Shown here: one piece after another, positions 30,520-40,621 of the stretch
Position numbering within the stretch: position 1 is the first letter of the stretch
Layout of the letters: each line of letters opens with the position of its first letter
Position numbers and translations under genes: made by a program
The notes under the pieces: model-generated
What the model was told of the DNA's origin: nothing
The model's input: the letters and a program-made list of their open reading frames with translations, nothing else
The model's database searches: none
Assembly (NCBI GenBank): GCA_033549025.1
Contig: JAWSUS010000002.1
Span: 224,001 to 288,000 of the forward strand
From: Desulfuromonadales bacterium
GTDB taxonomy: Bacteria; Desulfobacterota; Desulfuromonadia; Desulfuromonadales; SZUA-540
DNA: 64,000 nt
Reading direction: 5' to 3'

Positions 30520-31122
30520 ATGGCCCGTCTCAAGAAGTGCAGATCCCTGATTCTTTTTTTCAGCCTCTTCTACCTGTTAAGCTCAGCGGCAACCGCCTTT
30601 GCCGGCACCGTTTCCATCAGCCGGGTCGCCCAGGACGACGCCTTCCTCACCGACCTGGCCTACGACAACTTCTATCTCTCCGACAGCCAGCTGGCCCAGA
30701 GATATCCCTCCTACCAGGTGGCCGCCAACCAGGCTACCGCCGGCACCCTGGCCGCTGAACCGGTAGAGAAGAAATCGAGCCTGAGCCTGCACAAGGTTCT
30801 CGGCTACAGTACCGTGCTGCTGGCCGCAGCCGCCGGTGTGGCCAACTCGGATGAGGACACCCACCATGCCCTGGCCTACACGGCCTCGGCCGCGGCGGCC
30901 GGCACCGTGCTGAGCGGTTATCTGCAGCACGGGAACCAGCTTGGCGGCGGGCAAGGGCTTTTCAGCGACCCCAACCTGCATGCCATTTTGGGAACCCTCG
31001 GCGCCGCTGCCCTCATCGCCGGCAGCGCCATGGCCGACGGCGGCAGCGAATCGAGCCACAGCGGCATCGCCGTCACCGGCGCCGGTCTTATGTTTCTTTC
31101 CATCATCGACATCAAGTGGTAA
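30520..31122 (+). CDS. Hypothetical exported/membrane protein with His-containing helices
   Basis: Signal peptide, AAGGAGG RBS, LHKVLG / HHALA / HAILG / HSGIA helices. Confidence 0.65.
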   Translation: MARLKKCRSLILFFSLFYLLSSAATAFAGTVSISRVAQDDAFLTDLAYDNFYLSDSQLAQRYPSYQVAANQATAGTLAAEPVEKKSSLSLHKVLGYSTVLLAAAAGVANSDEDTHHALAYTASAAAAGTVLSGYLQHGNQLGGGQGLFSDPNLHAILGTLGAAALIAGSAMADGGSESSHSGIAVTGAGLMFLSIIDIKW

Positions 31123-31140
31123 AGGCTTCCGATCCGCAGC

Positions 31141-31521
31141 ATGGCAAAGATCCTGATTATCGACGATGACAAGGCGTTTCTCACTTTCATGCAGGGATAT
31201 GTGGCCGAAAACTATCCCTGCCTGGAAGTGGAAACCCGCCTCGACCCTCTGCAGGGGCTGGCCGCCATCACGGCGGATCTCAGCCTGCTGCTCCTCGATC
31301 TGGAGATGCCGGGAATGGATGGCGGCAAGATTCTGGCTTACGCCACCGCCAAAGGCTTAAACAAAAACCGCATCATCATCCTGTCGGGACGCGATGCCGA
31401 TTATCTGCACGATCGTTTCCCCATGGGCTGCTGCCTGGCGGTGCTAAACAAGCACGAAGTCCGGCAGAAAGCCGTGCTCGACATGATCTTCAGTTCGCTG
31501 CAGCAAAAGGGCCAGTCATAG
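31141..31521 (+). CDS. Single-domain response regulator (receiver)
   Basis: KILIIDDD, LLDLEMPGMDG, ILSG. Confidence 0.88.
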   Translation: MAKILIIDDDKAFLTFMQGYVAENYPCLEVETRLDPLQGLAAITADLSLLLLDLEMPGMDGGKILAYATAKGLNKNRIIILSGRDADYLHDRFPMGCCLAVLNKHEVRQKAVLDMIFSSLQQKGQS

Positions 31522-31576
31522 GATACAGACTCTGCAGTCGACCGGCCCGTAGTGCTGCGCGGCACGAGAGGCGACC

Positions 31577-32851
31577 ATGTCCCACCACACCCTCAAAACC
31601 GGCTACGCCAACCTGAGCGAACGGCTCAACCGCTTTCCCCAGGGGGCACCCCCCTCCCAGCTTCTTTACGACATCCTCGCCCTGCTGTTCTCTGCAAAAG
31701 AGGCCGACCTCGTCGCCCGCCTGCCCATTCGGCCCTTTTCCGCCGAAAAAGCCGCCAAGGCCTGGGGGGTTGGACTGGCCGAGGCCGAAACGACCCTGCA
31801 GCGCCTGGCCGATCGCGCCCTGCTCGTCGACATGCAGGTCAAGGGCCGCATGGAATACGTGCTGCCGCCCCCCATGGCCGGCTTTTTCGAGTTCGCCCTC
31901 ATGCGTCTGCGCGACGACATCGACCAGAAGCTCCTCTCCCAGCTCTACGAGCAGTACATCAGCGTGGAAGAGGATTTCATCAGGGCCCTCTTTGTCAACG
32001 GCGACACTCAGCTCGGCCGCGTGCTGGTGCAGGAAGGCGCCCTCACTCCCGAAAGCGCCCTCTATGTGCTCGATTACGAACGGGCCACCGAGGTCATCGA
32101 GACCGCTACCGATATCGGCATCGGCCTGTGCTACTGCCGCCACAAACGCTCCCACCTGGGCACGGCCTGCGACGCCGAGATGGACATCTGCATGACCTTC
32201 AACACCGTGGCCGCCTCGCTCATCCGCCACGGCTACGCCCGCCGGGTGGAGCGCGGGGAGTGCCAGGAACTGCTGCACAAGGCCTGGGAGCAGAACCTGG
32301 CCCAGTTCGGCGAAAACGTGCAGCAGGCGATGAACTTCATCTGCAACTGCTGCCCCTGCTGCTGCGAGGCCATGCTCGCCGCCCAGCGCTTCGGGCACAT
32401 GAACCCGGTACACACCAGCAACTTCATGGCGCACGTCGAGGACAACTGCACCGGCTGCGGTCGCTGCCTGCCGACCTGCCCGGTCAAGATCATCCGCCTG
32501 GAAACGGAGCAGGCAGACGGTCGGGGCCGCAAGACGGCGGTCATCGATGAGGCACTCTGCCTTGGCTGCGGCGTCTGCGTACGCAACTGCCCCCGCGGCG
32601 CCCTTCATCTGCAACCGCGGCAGCCGCGGGTCATCACGCCGGTCAACAGCGTCCACAAGGTGGTACTCATGGCCATCGAGCGCGGCACCCTGCCCCATCT
32701 GCTCTTCGACAACCAGGTACTGTGGAGCCACCGGGCCCTCGCCGCCGTCCTTGGCGTCATCCTCAAACTTCCGCCGGTCAAGCAGCTGCTGGCCAGCGAG
32801 CAGGTGCGCTCCCGCTACCTGGCCTCCCTCTGCCAACGGTTTCCCCTATGA
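31577..32851 (+). CDS. 4Fe-4S binding protein
   Basis: CYCRH, ICNCCPCCC, CTGCGRCLPTCP, CLGCGVCVRNCP. Confidence 0.88.
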   Translation: MSHHTLKTGYANLSERLNRFPQGAPPSQLLYDILALLFSAKEADLVARLPIRPFSAEKAAKAWGVGLAEAETTLQRLADRALLVDMQVKGRMEYVLPPPMAGFFEFALMRLRDDIDQKLLSQLYEQYISVEEDFIRALFVNGDTQLGRVLVQEGALTPESALYVLDYERATEVIETATDIGIGLCYCRHKRSHLGTACDAEMDICMTFNTVAASLIRHGYARRVERGECQELLHKAWEQNLAQFGENVQQAMNFICNCCPCCCEAMLAAQRFGHMNPVHTSNFMAHVEDNCTGCGRCLPTCPVKIIRLETEQADGRGRKTAVIDEALCLGCGVCVRNCPRGALHLQPRQPRVITPVNSVHKVVLMAIERGTLPHLLFDNQVLWSHRALAAVLGVILKLPPVKQLLASEQVRSRYLASLCQRFPL

Positions 32852-33561
32852 GCGCTGCAGGCAGAACCGCTGGGCTCCGCTCCCTTTTCATCCTGGCTCT
32901 TGGGATCATTTGGCTCACGGCCCGGCCCCTGCCGGCAGCGACCTACGAGCCGCCGCCCACCGCCATCCAGGCTCTCTTCGGCGCCGCGGTTTTCCACGAC
33001 GACAGCCTGACTTTTCGGGAAGAGTCCACCATCGACCCCGACACCTCCAAAGAAACGGACCTGTCCCAGATGCCGATGCTCGGCTTCGTCGCCCAGTACG
33101 CTCTGGCCGGGCAGAACAGCCAGGCCGGTTTCGAGGGGGGACTGCTCTTCGGCTGGCGTTCGCGCAGCACCTCCCTCACCAGCAACCTGGAGCAGACCAG
33201 CGTGCGCATCGAAACCTCTCTGTGGCTGCTCGACCTCTCCATGGGGCTCTACGCCAGCCACGTGGTGGCCGACCGCCTGCGACTCTCCCTCGGGGCCGGC
33301 CCCCTGCTGCTCTTCGCCACTTACGACGGTGAGACCGAAGAAACCGATAGTCAGGGCGACACCGCCACCACCGATACCAGCGAAAACGCCTTCGGAATCG
33401 GCGGCTACGCGCGGGCCGCCGTCGAATACCGCCTGCCGGACGGAGCCTTCATGGGCATCGGTCTGCGAGGCGTCACCAGCACCCTCGAATTTGAAAAGGG
33501 GGTTGACAGCTCGGGGCTCGAAGGGGTACAGGGGTTCATCAGCTATACGCGGCCCTTTTAA
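32848..33561 (+). CDS. Probable outer-membrane beta-barrel protein
   Basis: Signal peptide, alternating beta-strand pattern, C-terminal Phe; ATGA overlap with upstream gene. Confidence 0.65.
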   Translation: MSAAGRTAGLRSLFILALGIIWLTARPLPAATYEPPPTAIQALFGAAVFHDDSLTFREESTIDPDTSKETDLSQMPMLGFVAQYALAGQNSQAGFEGGLLFGWRSRSTSLTSNLEQTSVRIETSLWLLDLSMGLYASHVVADRLRLSLGAGPLLLFATYDGETEETDSQGDTATTDTSENAFGIGGYARAAVEYRLPDGAFMGIGLRGVTSTLEFEKGVDSSGLEGVQGFISYTRPF

Positions 33562-33623
33562 GCAAGCGGCCCTTGCTGACCTGCCGGACTCTCCGGACTA
33601 ACTGAAAAAGGAGGACATTCACC

Positions 33624-34145
33624 ATGAAGAAACTCGCAATCTGCCTGGCTCTTTTCACCCTGGCTCTGGCCACCGCCCTGCCCGCCTATTCGGCCGAATA
33701 CATCAGCGGCCGCGCCGGCCTCTACTTTCCCGATGAAAGCGCCTTCGACACCGGCTACAACTTCGGCCTGGCCTACGGCTTCAACTTCACGCAGAATCCT
33801 AATGTCTATGCCGAGTTCGGCACCGGCTTCTACGGCACCGAACTTGAGCGCAACAGCAGCGTCGATCTGACCGTCATCCCCTTTACCGCTTCTCTCATCC
33901 TCAATCACGCGATTACCGGTACCCCCTTCGAACTCTACGCCGGAGCCGGACCTGGCCTCTACCTGGCCATGATCGACGGTCCCCTGGACGATGACAGCGA
34001 ACTCGAACTCGGCGTGCATCTGGTGGGCGGCGGCGCTTTCAATATCGACAGTCAGTTCGCCCTCTTCGCCGAACTGCGCGGCGACCTGGTCACCGATGAC
34101 GTCGGCGGCGCTTTTCTCAACTTCGGTCTGAAATATAAATTCTAG
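33624..34145 (+). CDS. Small outer-membrane beta-barrel (OmpA/OmpW-like)
   Basis: Signal peptide, YAGAGPG, C-terminal GLKYKF; AAGGAGG RBS. Confidence 0.82.
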   Translation: MKKLAICLALFTLALATALPAYSAEYISGRAGLYFPDESAFDTGYNFGLAYGFNFTQNPNVYAEFGTGFYGTELERNSSVDLTVIPFTASLILNHAITGTPFELYAGAGPGLYLAMIDGPLDDDSELELGVHLVGGGAFNIDSQFALFAELRGDLVTDDVGGAFLNFGLKYKF

Positions 34146-34235
34146 GGCTGGAAGAAAACTCAGGTCTGACCTGGAAAGCCAGGCTGGGGCAGGGCCTCGG
34201 CCTGGCTTCGCCATGAAGGGTGCCATCGCCAAGAT

Positions 34236-35291
34236 ATGGATATCGTACTGGGAATATTAGGAGAATGCTGGGAGATCCTGGTGGAATCGGCCGTCTATGT
34301 GCTCTTCGGTTTCTTTGCCGCCGGGGTGCTCAAGGCCCTGATTCCGACGGAAGTCGTGGCCCGGCATCTGGGCCAGAGCAGCGCCGGCTCAGTGCTCAAG
34401 GCCTCGCTGTTCGGCGTTCCCCTGCCCCTGTGTTCCTGCGGGGTCATTCCGGCCGCCATCGGCCTGCGCCAGCAAGGGGCGAGCAAAGGGGCCTCGGCCG
34501 CCTTTCTCGTCTCGGTGCCGGAGACGGGGGTCGATTCCATGGCCATCACCTGGGCCCTGCTCGACCCCCTCATGACCCTCATCCGGCCCCTCGCCGCCTT
34601 TGTCACCGCCACAGTGACGGGACTGGCAATCAATCGGCTACCGGATAAAACTCCTCACACCGAGGACAAGGCCTCTGCTTCGCTGATGGCCGGACAAGAT
34701 GCCGCAGATCGCGACCCTCTGTCCCAACGCCTGCGCGAGGGGATCGCCTACGCCTTCGGCGACCTCCTGGGGGATATCGGCAAGTGGCTGCTGCTGGGTA
34801 TCGGTCTGGCCGGCATCATCGCCTATTTCGTTCCGGACGATTTCTTCGTCCGTTATCTGCACAGCGAACTGCTCTCTTTGCTGATCATGCTGGCCGTGGG
34901 CATTCCCCTCTATATCTGCGCCAGCGCCTCCACCCCCATCGCCGCCGCCCTGGTGCTCAAAGGTCTCTCCCCCGGGGCCGCCCTCGTCTTTCTGCTGGCC
35001 GGCCCAGCCACCAATGCCGCCACCATCACCGTGGTCTTCCGCTATTTCGGCCGCGCCGCCACCCTGGTTTATCTGCTCTCCATCGCCCTATGCTCTCTCG
35101 TCCTCGGTTGGCTGACCAATCGCCTCTACGCCTTCAGCGGCCTCGACATCACCCGCTGGGTCAGCGAACCAGGCGCCGCCACCGAATCTCCGCTGATGGT
35201 GGCCGCCGCCGTTGTACTTCTGCTGCTGCTGGGGCGCTGCTCCCTCCCCCGCCAGAAGAGCTGTAGCGGCAGCCCGCCAGGCGGCACCTGA
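34236..35291 (+). CDS. DUF318 / SO_0444-family metal efflux permease
   Basis: GVPLPLCSCGVIP, PETGVDS, GIPLYICASASTP, LLAGPATN. Confidence 0.88.
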   Translation: MDIVLGILGECWEILVESAVYVLFGFFAAGVLKALIPTEVVARHLGQSSAGSVLKASLFGVPLPLCSCGVIPAAIGLRQQGASKGASAAFLVSVPETGVDSMAITWALLDPLMTLIRPLAAFVTATVTGLAINRLPDKTPHTEDKASASLMAGQDAADRDPLSQRLREGIAYAFGDLLGDIGKWLLLGIGLAGIIAYFVPDDFFVRYLHSELLSLLIMLAVGIPLYICASASTPIAAALVLKGLSPGAALVFLLAGPATNAATITVVFRYFGRAATLVYLLSIALCSLVLGWLTNRLYAFSGLDITRWVSEPGAATESPLMVAAAVVLLLLLGRCSLPRQKSCSGSPPGGT

Positions 35292-35338
35292 GGGCCTACC
35301 TGCTGACCGGCGGTTCGCCGGCCTTCATCTTTCCCTGC

Positions 35339-35374
35339 AAAAAAAGGGGCGCCGCACTTCGCAGCACCCCCTTC
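35339..35374 (-). terminator. Intrinsic terminator of prxU
   Basis: Minus strand AAGGGGTGCTGC...GCGGCGCCCCTT followed by a T-run. Confidence 0.7.
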
Positions 35375-35405
35375 GTGACGATTTACTCTACACGTTGGCG
35401 AGACG

Positions 35406-36119
35406 TTAAAAAGCCATATCCGGCTTCCACTCCTTCCACACCTTGCCGGCCAGTTCAGGACCGGGCTTCAGGGTGGGCTTGCCCGGCTGCCAGCCGGAGG
35501 GGGTGACTTCGCCGGTCTTGCGCACATGCTGGAAGGCCTGGATCTGGCGCATCAGTTCGGAGACGTTGCGGCCGACCTCGGGGGTCAGCACTTCGGAGGC
35601 GCGGATGACGAAATCGGGGTCGATGAGGAAGCGCCCGCGGATATCGACACCAGCCAGTTCTTCATAGACGCCGTAGGCCCGGCCGATAAGACCGCCAGCG
35701 TCGGCAATGAGGGGGAAGGGCACGCCGCCGGGGACCATCTTGCTGAGCTCTTCTTCCTGCCAGATTTTGTGGCTGAAGCGGCTGTCGGTGCTGGCCGCGA
35801 AGACTTCGACGCCCAGCTTTTTCAGTTCGGGATATTTGACGGCAACTGCCGTCAGCTCTGTTGGTCAGACAAAGGTGAAGTCGCCGGGATAAAAGCAGAG
35901 GACAATCCACTTGCCCCGGGAATCGGACAGCTTCATGTTCTTGAAGCCGCCATCCTGAAATACGGTTGCCTCAAAATCCGGGGCCTCCCGGCCTACACGT
36001 GCGGTCATGACGGCTTCCTCCTTTTCCATAGGTTGGGCCGACGGGGAACCTGCTTCAGGCTTCGCGCCTGCGACAGGGCCTCCGGCTGGCTTGACACAGG
36101 ACTCTTGCTGTTTGGGCAT
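35406..36119 (-). CDS. prxU: Selenocysteine-containing peroxiredoxin (AhpC-type, PrxU); in-frame TGA at 35865-35867 is Sec
   Basis: [16 protein letters not shown] aligns with the peroxidatic FTFVCPTE motif; track ORFs 35865..36146 and 35406..35738 are one frame; GRNVSE motif. Confidence 0.92.
35836..35853 (-). promoter_or_regulatory. Putative bacterial SECIS hairpin
   Basis: TGACGGCA-GT-TGCCGTCA inverted repeat beginning 11 nt 3' of the UGA. Confidence 0.65.
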
Positions 36120-36247
36120 GATGAACCTCCTTATCGTCTTGTTCACTCCCTAAGAAAAATCTTAGACTCCGGCGGCGACATTGCAAGGCGGAACCTGATT
36201 TTCCCTTGCAGGGTGCATCCTGACCGTTCAGCGCTATAGTTGAGGAT

Positions 36248-36979
36248 ATGGACCCAACGCTACGGGAGAAGCCCTTGCCTGCTGTTTTTCAGGCCCGCAA
36301 CCTGACCAAAGTCTATGCCATGGGCGAGATGGAGGTGCAGGCGCTGCGCGGTGTCGACTTTGATCTGCACGAAGGGGAGTTCGTGGTACTGCTCGGCCCG
36401 TCGGGCAGCGGCAAATCGACCCTGCTCAACATCCTGGGCGGCCTCGATGTGCCGACGAGCGGGCAGGTGCGCTACCGCGACCATGACCTTACCACCTACG
36501 ACGATGGGGCTCTCACCAGCTACCGGCGCGATCACGTCGGTTTCGTCTTCCAGTTCTACAATCTCATCCCCAGTCTGACCGCGCGGGAAAACGTGGCTCT
36601 CATCACCGAAATCGCGGCGAATCCCATGTCGCCCGAAGAAGCCTTGAAGCTGGTGAACCTGGGGGAGCGCATGGATCACTTTCCGTCTCAGATGTCTGGC
36701 GGCGAACAGCAGCGTGTCGCCATCGCACGGGCCATCGCCAAGCGGCCGGAGGTGCTGCTGTGTGACGAGCCGACGGGAGCCCTCGATGTACAAACGGGCA
36801 TCCTGGTGCTGGAGGTGATCGAAAAGGTCAATCGGGAACTCGGCACCACCACCGCCGTCATTACCCACAACGCCGTCATCGCGTCCATGGCCGACCGCAT
36901 CGTTCACCTCTCCGACGGCCGTATTGTCCGGGAAGAGCACAACCGGGAGCGCGTCGCGGCCCAGCGCCTGCAATGGTGA
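36248..36979 (+). CDS. ABC transporter ATP-binding protein (LolD/MacB-like)
   Basis: [27 protein letters not shown]. Confidence 0.93.
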   Translation: MDPTLREKPLPAVFQARNLTKVYAMGEMEVQALRGVDFDLHEGEFVVLLGPSGSGKSTLLNILGGLDVPTSGQVRYRDHDLTTYDDGALTSYRRDHVGFVFQFYNLIPSLTARENVALITEIAANPMSPEEALKLVNLGERMDHFPSQMSGGEQQRVAIARAIAKRPEVLLCDEPTGALDVQTGILVLEVIEKVNRELGTTTAVITHNAVIASMADRIVHLSDGRIVREEHNRERVAAQRLQW

Positions 36980-36984
36980 TCGTC

Positions 36985-39348
36985 ATGGGGATTCTGCAGA
37001 CAAAACTACGCCGCGATCTGCTGCAGATGAAAAGTCAGGCCCTGGCCATCGCCCTGGTCATGGCCTGCGGCATCGCCACCTTCGTCATGTCTCTGTCGAC
37101 CCTGCAATCGCTGGAACGCACTCTGGACTCTTATTATGAGCAGTATGGCTTCGCCCAGGTTTTCACTCATCTCAAGCGCGCCCCACAGGCCCTGGCCTCA
37201 CGTCTGGCCCATATCCCGGGAGTGGCCCGGCTGGAGACCCGGGTCGTCGCCCAGGTGACCCTCGACATCGCCGGTCTGAGCGAACCGGCGACCGGACGGC
37301 TGATTTCCCTTCCCGAAGGCAGACAACCTCGGCTCAACCGTCTGCATCTGCGGAAGGGGCGCCTGCCTGTACCGCAACGGCGCGGGGAAGTGCTGGTCAA
37401 CCAGCGCTTCGCCGAGGCCCACGGGCTTGAGCCCGGCGACCAGGTGCAGGCGATCCTCAACGGCCGCCGCCAGGCCTTGGTCATCGTGGGAGTCGCCCTC
37501 TCGCCCGAATACGTCTATCAGATCCGCCCAGGGGAACTCATCCCCGACGATCGGCGCTTTGGCGTCTTCTGGATGGGCTACGATGACCTAGCCGCCGCCT
37601 TTGACCTGGAAGGGGCCTTCAACGACGTCAGTCTCACCCTGGAGCCGGGAACAATGGCAGCGGAGGTGCGGCAGCGGTTGGATGAGGCGACGGCGGAATA
37701 CGGGGGGCAGGGGGCTTACAGCCGGGAGGACCAGATGTCCCACAAACTGGTCTCCAACGAGATGACCCAGCTGCGTGGCATGGCCCTGATTCCACCCACC
37801 ATTTTCCTGACGGTGGCGGCTTTCCTCCTCAACGTGGTGCTCAGCCGCCTGATCAGCATCCAGAGGGAACAGATCGCCGCCCTGAAAGCCTTCGGCTACA
37901 GTCGTCTGGAGGTCGGCCTGCACTACCTGCGCTTCGGCCTGGCCATCTCCGTGGCCGGGGCCGTCCTGGGAACGGCGGCCGGGGCCTGGTTCGGGCGGGG
38001 GATGACACGCATGTATGCCCGCTTTTTCAGTTTCCCCGTTTTCGACTACCACCTGGGCTTCGAAGTGGCCCTGATCGCCCTGCTGGTGAGCGGCGGCACC
38101 GCCGCCCTCGGCGTGTACGGGTCGGTGCGAAAGGCGGCGGAACTGCCCCCGGCCGAGGCCATGCGCCCTGAGCCGCCGGCCGCCTTCCGTCCCACCGTCG
38201 TCGAGCGCTTGGGCTTGCAGCGATTTCTGACTCAGGGCGCCCGGATGATTCTGAGACAACTCGAACGCCGGCCTTTCAAGGCCCTGTTTTCCTGCCTGGG
38301 CATCGCTCTGGCCGTGGCCGTCATGATCCTGGGCAGCTTTTCGGAAGATATTATTGAGCACCTCATCGATTTTCAGTTCTTTCAGGCGCAGAGGCAGGAC
38401 ATGACGGTCACCCTGGTGGAACCTGCCGATGGCCGCGCCCTGACCGCTCTGGCCCACCTGCCGGGTGTACGCCGGGCTGAACCGGTGCGCACCGTTCCCG
38501 TGCGCCTGATCTTCGGCCATCGTTCGCGTCTGCTGGCCATCACCGGACTCCCCCCCGACGCCAGCCTGCTGCGCCCTCTCAACCGCGATGGCCGGCCTGT
38601 TTTTCTGGCGGAACAGGGTCTGGTTCTCTCAGCGGCCCTGGCCGAATTGCTGGGGGTGACTCCCGGACAGAAGGTGCAGGTCGACGTGCTGGAAGGGAAC
38701 AGGCCGGTACGGCAGCTCCCAGTTACGGCCCTGGTCGAAGACTACACCGGCACCTCGGCCTATATGCGCCTGCGCACCCTCCAGCAGCTGATGCGGGAGG
38801 AAGATTCCATCTCCGGGGCCAATCTCCTAGTCGACAGCCGTTTCGAAGAGGAACTGTACCATCGCCTCAAAAACACCCCGGCGGTGGCCGGAGTCACCCT
38901 GAAGCGGGGCGCCCTGGAGAGCTTCCGGAAAACCATGGCGGAAAACCTGCTCCGCATGCGCCTATTCAACATGATTTTCGCCAGCATTATCGCCTTCGGA
39001 GTGGTATACAATAGTATGCGTGTCGCTCTATCCGAACGCAGCCGTGAGCTCGCTACCTTACGGGTGATCGGATTTACCCGGACCGAGATTTCCTGGCTGC
39101 TGCTGGGGGAGGCGGGTTTGCTGACCCTGCTTGCCATCCCCCTGGGGCTGGTGCTCGGCACTGGGTTCGCCGCCCTGGCCACTTGGGCTCTGCAGACGGA
39201 GGTGCTGCGGTTTTCCCTCGTGGTCGACCTGTCCACCTACGGCACGGCCGCCCTCGTGATTCTCCTCGCGGCCGTGGCTTCGGGACTGGTCGTGCGGCGC
39301 AGACTGGACCGACTTGACCTTATTGCCGTCCTCAAAGCCAGGGAGTAG
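36985..39348 (+). CDS. ABC transporter permease (duplicated FtsX/MacB-like)
   Basis: QREQIAALKAFG and ERSRELATLRVIG repeats, two periplasmic domains. Confidence 0.9.
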   Translation: MGILQTKLRRDLLQMKSQALAIALVMACGIATFVMSLSTLQSLERTLDSYYEQYGFAQVFTHLKRAPQALASRLAHIPGVARLETRVVAQVTLDIAGLSEPATGRLISLPEGRQPRLNRLHLRKGRLPVPQRRGEVLVNQRFAEAHGLEPGDQVQAILNGRRQALVIVGVALSPEYVYQIRPGELIPDDRRFGVFWMGYDDLAAAFDLEGAFNDVSLTLEPGTMAAEVRQRLDEATAEYGGQGAYSREDQMSHKLVSNEMTQLRGMALIPPTIFLTVAAFLLNVVLSRLISIQREQIAALKAFGYSRLEVGLHYLRFGLAISVAGAVLGTAAGAWFGRGMTRMYARFFSFPVFDYHLGFEVALIALLVSGGTAALGVYGSVRKAAELPPAEAMRPEPPAAFRPTVVERLGLQRFLTQGARMILRQLERRPFKALFSCLGIALAVAVMILGSFSEDIIEHLIDFQFFQAQRQDMTVTLVEPADGRALTALAHLPGVRRAEPVRTVPVRLIFGHRSRLLAITGLPPDASLLRPLNRDGRPVFLAEQGLVLSAALAELLGVTPGQKVQVDVLEGNRPVRQLPVTALVEDYTGTSAYMRLRTLQQLMREEDSISGANLLVDSRFEEELYHRLKNTPAVAGVTLKRGALESFRKTMAENLLRMRLFNMIFASIIAFGVVYNSMRVALSERSRELATLRVIGFTRTEISWLLLGEAGLLTLLAIPLGLVLGTGFAALATWALQTEVLRFSLVVDLSTYGTAALVILLAAVASGLVVRRRLDRLDLIAVLKARE

Positions 39349-39352
39349 GCTC

Positions 39353-40558
39353 ATGACCCCGACAATCCGCCGGCGCCTCTGGCTGGCCCTTCTTGTCCTG
39401 ATCCTCGTCCTACTGTTCGCCTATGCCTTTGTGCCCCGTCCTGTCGAGGTTGAAATCGTTGAGGCCAAAGAGGGTGCTCTGCAGATCAGCATCGACGAGG
39501 ACGGCAAGACCCGTGTCAAAGAGCGCTACACCCTGGACGCCCCCCTGGCCGGGCGTCTTCTCCGTATCGATCTCGACCCCGGCGATACGGTTCAGGCCGG
39601 CAAGACGATGCTGGCCCTGATCGAGCCCGCTGTTCCCGCCCTGCTCGATGAACGGACCCTGGCCCAGAGCGAGGCCCGGGTCAAAGCGGCGGAAGCGGCC
39701 CTGAACCGCAGCCTGGCGAACCAGAACAGTGCGGATCAACGCCGCCGGCAGGCTGAGGCCAACACCCAGCGCCGCCAGAAACTCTTCGATCAGCAGATGA
39801 TCTCCCGCCAGGAGTTCGATGACGCCTCCTATACCTGGCAGACGGCCCGCGAGGACCATAGGGCCGCTCTTTTTGCCGTGCAGATCGCCCGTTCGGAACT
39901 GACCCAGGCCAAAGCGGCCCTGCTGCGCCTGCGGGAACTCACGCCGGGCGAACCGCAGGACGCCTTCCCTCTGCTGGCGCCCGCCGACGGGCAGGTCCTG
40001 CGGGTGCTGCAGGAAAGCGCCACCGTCGTGGCCCCCGGCACGCCCCTGGTGGAAGTAGGAAACGCCAAAGATCTTGAAGTCGTCATCGATGTCCTCTCCA
40101 GCGATGCCGTGCGCATCCGGCCGGGACAGCGCGTCTTGCTCGAACAGTGGGGGGGTGGCGAAGCGCTGCCGGGACGCGTGCGGCTGGTGGAGCCGGCGGC
40201 CTATACCAAGGTTTCCGCCCTGGGCGTAGAAGAGCAGCGGGTCGACGTCGTGGTCGACCTGGAGACGCCACCTGAGAGCCGCCCCACCCTGGGAGACGGC
40301 TATCGGGTCGAGGCCCGCATCATGGTCTGGGAGAAGGATAAGGTGCTGAAGGTGCCTTCGGGCGCGCTCTTCCGCCGCGAAGGCCAGTGGGCCGCCTTCG
40401 TCGTGGACGGCAACCGCGCCCGCCTGCGCCCCCTCACGACCGGCCAGAGCAACGGCCTGGAGACGGAAATCCTGTCCGGGCTGGATGCCGCCGAGAGGGT
40501 GATCCTGCACCCCGGCGACAAGGTCGCCGACGGGGTCCGTGTGCAGCTGCGACACTGA
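39353..40558 (+). CDS. Efflux periplasmic adaptor (HlyD/RND MFP)
   Basis: N-terminal TM, lipoyl-like APLAG and APADG, alpha-hairpin, KVSALGVEEQRV. Confidence 0.88.
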   Translation: MTPTIRRRLWLALLVLILVLLFAYAFVPRPVEVEIVEAKEGALQISIDEDGKTRVKERYTLDAPLAGRLLRIDLDPGDTVQAGKTMLALIEPAVPALLDERTLAQSEARVKAAEAALNRSLANQNSADQRRRQAEANTQRRQKLFDQQMISRQEFDDASYTWQTAREDHRAALFAVQIARSELTQAKAALLRLRELTPGEPQDAFPLLAPADGQVLRVLQESATVVAPGTPLVEVGNAKDLEVVIDVLSSDAVRIRPGQRVLLEQWGGGEALPGRVRLVEPAAYTKVSALGVEEQRVDVVVDLETPPESRPTLGDGYRVEARIMVWEKDKVLKVPSGALFRREGQWAAFVVDGNRARLRPLTTGQSNGLETEILSGLDAAERVILHPGDKVADGVRVQLRH

Positions 40559-40621
40559 CGCGGGAGTAGGTGGCCCAAAAATAAGACCACGCCTTTTACC
40601 TCGAGAACAGGAGAGACCTTT

